Assembly (NCBI GenBank): GCA_951406725.2
Contig: OX597814.1
Span: forward strand, 36,518,001 to 36,582,000
Source of the DNA: Octopus vulgaris
Lineage: Eukaryota
Direction: 5' to 3'
DNA length: 64,000 bases
Shown: in pieces, positions 54,590 to 64,000 of the stretch
Layout: the number at the start of each line of letters is the position of its first letter
Position numbering within the stretch: position 1 is the first letter of the stretch
The notes under the pieces: model-generated
Told to the model about the DNA's origin: nothing
Database searches by the model: none
Seen by the model: only the letters and a program-made list of their open reading frames with translations
Made by a program: the position numbers and the translations under genes

Positions 54590-54775
54590 ATGTCGACTCA
54601 TAAGGGCTAGTTAGTCGGTTTCATTGGCGTATATAGTCACCAACTTAGAGGATTGGAGCAACGTGGAATGAAGTGCTATGCTCAAGGGCACAACGCATCA
54701 CCCGGTCCAGGAATCGAAACCATAATCTTACGATACTGAGTCCAACACCTAAACCACTAAGCTACGCGCCCTCCA
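54590..54775 (-). mobile_element. SINE family D
   Basis: Homolog of 26740-26980. Confidence 0.75.
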
Positions 54776-55009
54776 CGCAGCATGTCGTAGGTTGAAGATA
54801 CTTGTCAGAACTCTGTCCACTGGCCTGATGGGATGGAAAGTTTCTTAAATCTGCTGTCATAAAATAAGTTCTGTGCTTTTGTGTTCTTCATGTTGTGTTT
54901 TATATAAACTCTTCTTTTCTTTGAAAAAGATCTTTTGATCGAAATGTCAAATACAAACAAAAAACAAAAAGCAAACGAACGTATATGTACGAATGTATAT
55001 ATACGTGTA

Positions 55010-55055
<46 letters not shown>

Positions 55056-55091
55056 CATATATAATTATCCGTATATATGGATGTATGTACG

Positions 55092-55125
<34 letters not shown>

Positions 55126-55361
55126 TGTATGTATGTATGTATGTAGGTATCTATATATACACACACACATATGCTTCCTTAAACAGATGCTTATACATAT
55201 ACATACACACATGAATATATTTACATGTATGCATACATATACATATATGTGGGAGATGGGGTGGGTGTATATATAATGTTTACATGTATGCGTATATGTA
55301 TATATGTATATAAACACAAATATATATATTGATATACATATATACATATACATATGTATAT

Positions 55362-55418
<57 letters not shown>

Positions 55419-55490
55419 AATATATATATATTTATAAATATATATATATATGTATGCATATGTATATATATGTATATATGTATATATGTA

Positions 55491-55565
<75 letters not shown>

Positions 55566-56100
55566 GTACGAGTATGTATAGGTGTGCATATATATGCAAA
55601 CATGAATTACTCTACACAGAAGTAGATTGTTAGTTTTATTGTTGTGCTGAGATTAATCTATGTTACTAATCTGAGTCTCGCAAATGTCATTGATAAGGCA
55701 ACCAAGTTCTGAGGTGAAAAAAAAAACAAAAACCAAAAGCTAAAAACACTGCATTCATAACCATGATGATAAGTGTGGGCATTCACTGAAATCGAAAATA
55801 AATTATCTAAATAAACAAAGAAACTAAGAGTAAAGAATAAATAGATAAAAAAGTAATGAAAGAGGAAAAGAAAAATAAATTGATAAAAAGATTAAAAGGA
55901 AAAAAATATATATATAATATACTCGTAAAATATATTTAAAAAAAAAAGGTGTAAGCATAAACAAATAGAAAATCGAAAAAAGAACAAATAAAAAGATAAC
56001 GCAACAGAGGCAGAACGTACCACACGTATATAGGACATTAGATATAGAAATGTTAAATATAACACATTCTAGAGGGTTTAATCAGACGTGTAAGTGTTAT

Positions 56101-56217
<117 letters not shown>

Positions 56218-56285
56218 CATACATACATATATATATATACATGTATTTATCTATACATATGTATTTATACATACATATATATACA

Positions 56286-56381
<96 letters not shown>

Positions 56382-56740
56382 TATGATTACATGTTTATAT
56401 ATGTATACACACATATGTGTGAATGTGTAAGTTGAAATTAATAGCTCGGAAGACAAAGTGAGAACAATACGTAATTATTAGTCTGACGTTTGGTAAAAAA
56501 AAGGAGAAAATTAAAACCGTCTTTAACGTTTCGACTTTCAGCTTTTCTTCCGAAGGTCAGGCAGAGATAAAAGTTTCGCAACGACACGTGAGTATAATAG
56601 GAAGGTGCGCTTTAGTCCGGGATAAATCATATTGAAAGTGGCATGAGATTTGAATGATCAAGTCATACGTGCTAGAGTCCCAAGGAAGGTAACTGTGAGC
56701 GAGTGTGCATAATCCGGTATACATACACAAATACACAAAT

Positions 56741-57202
56741 AAGGCAGCGAGCTGGTAGAAACGTTAGCACGCCGGGCGAAATGCTTAGCAGTATTTCGTC
56801 TGCCGCTACGTTCTGAGTTCGAATTCCGCCGAGGTTGACTTTGCCTTTCATCCTTTCGGGGGGTCGATTAAATAAGTACCAGTTACGCACTGGAGTCGAT
56901 AGAATCGACTTAATCCGTTTGTCCCCTCTCTGTTTAACTCCTTGTGGGTAGTAAATAAATAGGTATACATACACAAAAGGCGGCGAACTGGCAGAAACAT
57001 TAGCACGCTGGGCGAAATGCTTAGCAGTATTTCGTCTGCCGCTACGTTCTGAGTTCAAATTCCGCCGAGGTTGACTTTGCCTTTCATCCTTTCGGGGTCG
57101 ATTAAATAAATACCAGTTACGCACTGGGGTCGATATAATCGACTTAATCCGTTTGTCTCTTCTGTGTTTAGCTCCTTGTGGGTAGTAAATAAATAGGTAT
57201 AC
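56741..57202 (+). mobile_element. Two tandem full-length SINE family B copies
   Basis: 56741-56966 and 56977-57202, each bounded by ggtatacatacacaaa. Confidence 0.9.
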
Positions 57203-57482
57203 ATACACAAATACAGCAAGTGTGTGTCTGTGCACGTCCTTGTACTCTTAATGTGTATATGTTTTTCTTCGAGTGTTCATGTGTGCATTGCAAACCTAGT
57301 ATTTTCGAAGATATCGTTACAAAGTGTAAGGATGTCTATGTTAATGTGTGGTCTTGGTTTGTTTGTGTTTGTGTGTTTTATTTCGTGTATATGATTCGTG
57401 CATATATGAGGGTATATATGTGATGGGGTAGTGTGGTGTTATGGATGTGATTACTTTCTCTCTCTCTCCTCCTTTCTTGCCT

Positions 57483-57645
<163 letters not shown>

Positions 57646-57962
57646 TACGGAGATGTACTTGCATAGTAAGTGACCTGATCTGAGATCGTGTGCTGGAACG
57701 AAAACAATTGCAGCGTGGAAGGTGTTTATAAGCCATTTAAGAAACCCACAAAAACCGTTAGATTCACTTCAATATTTAAATTTAATTTGTCAAAATATTT
57801 TCGACCGCAACATGTTCACTGATAAATTTGTCAGTGAACATGTCGCGGTCTCAAAGCGGCGAAAATATTTTGACAAATTAAATTTAGATGTTGAAGTGAA
57901 TCTAAAGGATTTTGTGTGTTTCTTAAATGGGTTATGAACACCTTCCACGCTGCAATTGTTTT
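57646..57962. mobile_element. (TA)n-embedded PLE-like terminus forming a spacerless palindrome
   Basis: 57701-57826 is the diverged reverse complement of 57827-57962, with a 10-bp deletion in the left arm. Confidence 0.8.
57827..57877 (+). ncRNA. Hammerhead-fold RNA with G3-C8 swapped core
   Basis: tttgtca-GTGAACA-t-gtcgc(ggtctcaaa)gcggc-GAAA-ATATT-T-tgacaaa: 7-bp stem I, 5-bp stem II, palindromic AATATT stem III. Confidence 0.65.
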
Positions 57963-58959
57963 ATATATCTGTCAGGCCCACAGTGACCGACAATAGAGTA
58001 TTATAGTCGAGTCTACGGTGAGTCTGGCAATATATGCTTGCGTTGCGAATGAAAGTATGAAGGGGCCGTGGCCGTTTGCATGGTGATCGCGCTTCATTAA
58101 TTAGTTTTCCATCATCATCAACGAATGAGCGATAGTTTGGCATGCAGCTGTCTTCAAGAATTTTTTATTACTCATTTTCGCCTTCTGTTCTTTGTATGGT
58201 GTGTCGTTTTAGATTTTGCTAATGATTTTCTAAAAATTAATATTATTAATAATTTTTAAAATACATTTCTTTATAGTACAGCTTATAATATATTAACTGC
58301 TGTCCAGTATCTCTTCGTATGATAATAAACAAATACGACAATTATTATCGATTTTATCGTACATTTGTTAATATTGTAACAGTCACACTATTTCAATTGG
58401 TCGGCGTTTGGATGTCAGTTTATTAGAGGCTGCCACACCATTAGAATAGATACAGTACATATATAAATATTACAAGCTTTGCCTTAAAAAGTACGAAACT
58501 AGAATTTTAAAATGCGCACGCTCAAAAGAGTTACAGAATGTTATTTATAATAAACATTAAAAAGTATGAGACTTGCACTGTTGCTCAAACATGTTGGAAT
58601 TACTATATGTACATTCTGTGGCATTCTTTTACCACAAGAAATTTGTTTAGTTCATGGAAATTAAGTTATATTAAAGATTAGTTAAGTTAAATTATCGCAT
58701 ACTCACTTTTAACAAGACAATTGTGTACAAACACTAATGTCAACTTTACGCAATAATTAAGTCTATGAATGATAATTTTTATAAGTTTACAAGTAATCAG
58801 TCAAAAATAATTTAGTAATAATTTGCTTAATTCGCATAACTATTCCCTTAATATGTGTATCACATTGCGAATTCGGTTTCGTACTTTCGTTGTTATATAG
58901 ATTTGACTTCAGTATAAATCCATTGTTTTTTATTATCAGCTTGTCGATACACAGAAAAG

Positions 58960-61900
58960 GGTCCACCATATACGGCGTAGATGGAGCAAGCAAATTAATG
59001 CTGTTGTCATGGAGTGTTACTACCTGAGCAGCCCGGTAGATGAAAATGGTGCTGAAATTAGGGGTTACCGACAACATATGTATGATAATTGGAGAGAAAA
59101 GGGATTGTTTCAACTCACAGAACAGAGACTATGTGATCAAGCTAGAGTAATAAGGAAAAATTGTTGGTTCACAGAAGTAGAGCTCGAAGCTATCAAAAGA
59201 CGGGTCATGGAAAATAGCAGCAGACACAACAATGAAAATGCAGTTCTTAATAATAAGAGTAATCTCATAGCACAGGAAAGGAGCAGTGGTAGTTTACTTG
59301 ATGGGAGATGATCTAAAAGAAGACAATAAAACTAATGGCGACATGACAGATGAACAAAAGGTAACGTACGATAGAATAAAGGCAAGATTACAAGAAAACG
59401 ATAGCGACATTATTTGCAACCTTAAAAATGTTGATCGATGGAAATTGAACCAAGATACGAAGAATGTCATTGAAATTCTGAAATACATCAGAACAAACAT
59501 CACAGAAACAAATAATTTGATCAAGGCAGCAGGTATTGTTGTAGCAGACAACGCGTGTGTTGATGTCAAGAAAAAGAAACATAATGGGAGTAAGAAAAGA
59601 AAAGATCTATGGTGGAAAAGAAGAATCCAGGCAGGGTTAGAATGCTCTCTAACGAAATCTGTATGAGACCGAAAAGAGAAAGGGGTGCTTAAAAGCGAAC
59701 AAAAATACAGGGCACTGAAAAGGAAGTATAATATTGAAAGAAAGGGCCTGAAAGTAGTAGTGGAGGAACTGAGACAGCACCTCGTTGCAAAGAAAGCAAA
59801 AATGGTAAAATAAGACCAAAGAATGAAGGGTTACCACCAGAATAGGTTATTCAGAGTAGATCAGAAGAGATTCTATAAAGAAATAAATGGAGAGTGTACA
59901 GATGAAAAGTTGATACCAGATAACATTGAAAGTCAAAGGTTTCGGAGTAACATCTAGAGCAAAGATAAGGAGCACAAGAAGGATCCTGAAAGGTTGCAAG
60001 AACTGAAACAAACAGTAGTCTGTCCAAAAACAGGCAGAACTAGTCATTTCAGTTAAGGAATTGAAGGAAATCAGCAAAAGAAAAAAAAAAGAGCAACTGG
60101 AAGGTCCCGGCACCAGATGGAGTTCAAGGTTACTGGATCAAAAGATTTGGTGAATATCATGCACGAATAGCTGCGCAACTCAACACCTTGTTAAATGCCG
60201 ACCAATGAACACCAGAGTTGTTGACATTGGTTAGGACAGTGCTGTGCCTGAAAAACATCGGAAAAGGCAACACGGTAGACAATTACAGGCTGATATCCTG
60301 TTTGCCACTTATGTGGAAGTTATTGATTGGAATACTCGCAGAGTCAATGTACGGACATCTGGGAAAAAATGGAGTCCTGCTACATGAGCAGAACGATTAC
60401 AAGCGTAAGTCCAGAGGTACTAAGGATCAACTCCTGATAGACAAAACTGTACTTGGAGACTGCAAGAGGAGGAAAAATAACTTAGTCATGTCATGGATCG
60501 ACTGAAGTAAGGCGTATGATATGATCCCACATTCATGGATTATGGAGTGTATGAACCTATTTGGTATTGCATCGAATGTTGAGCCATTGCTTGGAAAACG
60601 TATGGCGAATTGGAGTACGGGCCTGACAGCATACGGAAGATGTTTAGAGTAGAAATTAGGAGGGGCATCTTCCAAGGGGACTGCTTGTCCCCATTGATTT
60701 TTGTACTGTGCTTGATACCATTAACACTGGTTCTGGGGAAAGCAAAAGCTGGGTATGTATTCAAAAGCCGCCAGCAAAAAGTTAACCACTTGTTATTCAT
60801 GGATGACCTTAAGCTTTATGGTAGAGATGAAGCCCAAGTCAGTTCCCTCGTTGATACGGTGTATACCTTCAGTGCTGATATCAGAATGGAGTTCGGACTG
60901 AGAAAGTGTGGTGTGTTAGTCTGGAAGAGAGGCAAAATCAGATGTATGGACGGGCTAATGATACCGTCAGGGGAGGTTATGAATCAGATAAAAGAGACGG
61001 GCTATAAGTACTTGGGGATTCTGGAAATTGATAAATTGATGGATAAAGAAATGACAAAAAAATTTAAGGCGGAGTACTTGCGCAGACTGAGACTGATCTT
61101 TAAGTCGGAATTAAATGGATGGAATAAGTTCGAAGCTATCAACACCTGGGCGGTTTCACTCCTTAGATATGAAGCAGGGGTAATCGCATGGGCAGTAGAC
61201 AAACTAAACAACTTAGACAGAAAGACAAGTAAGTTGGTAACTAGATATGGCTCAATCCACCAAAAAAGTGACACAGACAGACTATATGTACCAAGAAAAA
61301 GAGGGCGAAGAGGACTTATTGAATGCAAACACAGCATTAGAACAGAAGAAGATAACATAGCATAGTATGTAAAAAATACCATAGAGCCCCTATTATTAGA
61401 AGTAGGAAGGTCAGGCTTGTGTAGGATGAAAGCTTGCAAAGATAAAGCACTATACAAGAAATTGAAAACAAATGAAACTGAAAATTGGCGGGTAAAGAAA
61501 ATAATGCATGATCAATTTCATAAGGATGTTGAAGATAAGACAGACAGAGGAAAAAGATAGCTCTAGATGACTAAATGTGATTTAAAACCGGAAACGGAGG
61601 CTGTAATCTGTGCTGCCCAAGAGCAAGCACTAAGAACAAACTGCATAAAATACAGAATAGACAACACAGCTGAAAGTCATGTGCAGAATCTGTGGACAAA
61701 ACGATGAAAACGTATGGCATATTACCAGCCAATGTACAGCACTAGCCCAGAATGAATATAAGAGACGCCTCGACAATATAGCCAGGCTTTTCCACTGGAC
61801 ACTCTGCAACAAATATGGATTTGACAGAGCAAAACATTGGTACGGCCACAAACCTGAAGGCATCGTCGAAAATAGAAATGCGAAGATTCTATGGGATTTT

Positions 61901-62321
61901 ATGATTCAGTGAGACCATGAGATAGAGAATAGGAAGCCGGCCATAGTCTTAATTGAGAAAGAAAACAATCTATACTGGATCATAGATATAGCATGCCCAG
62001 CTGACAACAAGGTATGCTGTAAGGAAGAAAGAAAAGTTGAGAGATATGACAGGTTAGCTTGAGAAGTTAAGCACTGGTGGTCGATGAAATAGGTAGCAGT
62101 AGTACCAATAATTGCCGGAGCCTTGGGAACAGTGAGTAAAAATCTCAAGAAGTACGTGGACCAAATAGGGGCTGCAATACGGATGGAGCACTTGCACAAA
62201 ATAGCACTGCTTAGAGCTGCTCGAATACTCCGGAAGGTGCTCGAAAAATAAGAGGTGTTACCTTAGTTCACTGGTGGTGAACATTATAGTACATCTCCAG
62301 CTTTAGAAGCTGTGCAAAGGC

Positions 62322-62407
<86 letters not shown>
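58960..62407 (+). mobile_element. Near full-length R4/Dong-clade (RLE-type) non-LTR retrotransposon, decayed, ending in (TAA)n
   Basis: One long disrupted ORF with RT, CCHC and RLE regions, short 3' UTR and (TAA)n tract at 62322-62407. Confidence 0.88.
58976..62251 (+). pseudogene. RT plus CCHC plus restriction-like endonuclease pseudogene
   Basis: [74 protein letters not shown]. Confidence 0.9.
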
Positions 62408-62408
<1 letters not shown>

Positions 62409-62606
62409 CCTTTCTACTATAGTCACAAGGACTGAAATTTGGGGGAGGGGATAGTCGATTACATCGACCCAAGTACACAATTGGTACTGAGTGTATCGAA
62501 CCCGAAGGGATGAAGGGAGGAATTAGAAACTCAGAACGCAGCGGCGGACGAAATACCACAAAGCGTTTCACCCGGCGTGCTGACGATTCTGCCAGTTAGC
62601 CGCCTT
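62408..62606 (-). mobile_element. SINE family B-related copy within a (TAA)n tract
   Basis: tacatcgaccc...ctcagaacgc...ctgccagttagccgcctt. Confidence 0.75.
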
Positions 62607-62618
62607 GATGATGATGAA

Positions 62619-62660
<42 letters not shown>

Positions 62661-62664
<4 letters not shown>

Positions 62665-64000
62665 GAAGCTGGATACTCACTCAAGCCCATCCAAACAGGA
62701 GTACCACCACCCAAACAAACTCTGTGGATAAATAACATCCAAAACAAAATACAAAAAATGGGAAAGGATCTGTCGATTCTTAATGAAATCAGTAGACAAT
62801 CAACGCTACTGAGCAACAAAGAAAAAACAAAAAATACTCCGCAAATACAACATCACAGAAAAAGATTTACATGAGATAAAAGAAAAACTAAAGCAAGATA
62901 TCCTTGCCAAAGCACAAATGATCCGCCGGTACGAGAATCGCCAGCGCTTCTTTGAACAAAACAAAAAGTTCAACTCCAACCCCAAAAAGTTCTACCAAGA
63001 ACTTGGCAAAAATAAAATAGAAATCACTGCAGCACTAACGGCAGAAGAAGTGGAAGAATTCTGGAGAGAAATATGGTCGGCGAACGAACAACCAAAAAAA
63101 AAGCATCCCCCACACATGGATCCTCGAAACACTAGCCATTAAAAAAGTAGCATCAACAATTATAAAATTCATAGGACACTCTATGAATAAATGGCAAACA
63201 GTGCTACAGCTCCAAACAAAAGAGAGACTCATGAAAACCAAAGCCATCCCCATTAGAAGAGGAATGTTCCAGGGAGACACGCTCTCTCCACTCCTTTTCT
63301 GCTTGGCACTGTCACCTCTATCTGATATGCTAAATAGAACTGGATGCGGATATAAATGTTACGGCAAAACGATCAGCCACCTTTTATATATGGATGACCT
63401 AAAACTATACGCTGCAAATGACAAACAGCTGGAAACACTATTAAAGACAGTTCATGGATTTACCAAAGAAATAGATTTGAAATTTGGATTAGACAAATGC
63501 GCCAAAGAAACCCTGAAAGAGGAAAACTAGTTAAGAGTAGCAACATCACACTAGATAAAACCAATGAAATAAAAGAATTAGACCAAAGCCAAACTTACAA
63601 ATACTTAGGAATCCATGAACTAGATAAGACACAACACACTCAAATGAAAGAGAAAATAAAAAAGAATATTATAGACGAGTTAGATCAATACTAAAAACAG
63701 AGCTCAATGCTAAAAACAAGATAATAGGTATTAACACTTTAGCTGTCCCAGTTATAAGTTACAGCTACAATATTCTTAACTGGACACTAAATGAACTGAC
63801 CAAAATAGATAGGAAAACAAGAAAAATAATGACAGGATCTAGGATGCATCACCAAAAATCTGACATAGAAAGACTATATATAGAACGTATAGAAGGTGGT
63901 AGAGGCCTTATACAGCTGGAAAACTACTATAAAATAACCACCATAGGACTTCAAAAATATCTACTTCAGAAGGAAGGAAAACTGATACAAATAGCGGCAA
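62661..64000 (+). pseudogene. Second, distinct R4/Dong-type LINE (5'-truncated, internally deleted; runs off the window)
   Basis: GMFQGDTLSPLLF, HLLYMDDLKLY, FGLDKC, YKYLG; begins directly after (TAA)n. Confidence 0.88.

Overview
AT-rich, repeat-dense eukaryotic non-coding DNA, most likely from an octopus or other coleoid genome (inferred from recalled tRNA-SINE families and very dense TA/CA/TAA/TATC microsatellites). No intact host gene can be supported; nearly all ORFs in the track are microsatellite translations. Recognisable content: decayed Tc1, mariner and Chapaev3 DNA transposons, a MITE, non-autonomous Helitrons, a Gypsy integrase relic with two nested SINEs, CR1-, RTE- and R4/Dong-type LINE relics, and many SINEs. 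The most interesting signal is a set of short elements with different sequences, mostly within (TA)n tracts, that carry type I hammerhead ribozyme motifs and/or long fold-back inverted arms, as expected of Penelope-like retroelement (PLE) termini. They include a tRNA-headed (Pol III) element with a hammerhead in each inverted arm (14747-15221) and a hammerhead with a compensatory G3-C8 core swap (57827-57877). A qualitative rise in CpG density near 36.4 kb hints at a methylated gene body on the left and a regulatory block at about 39.4-42 kb.
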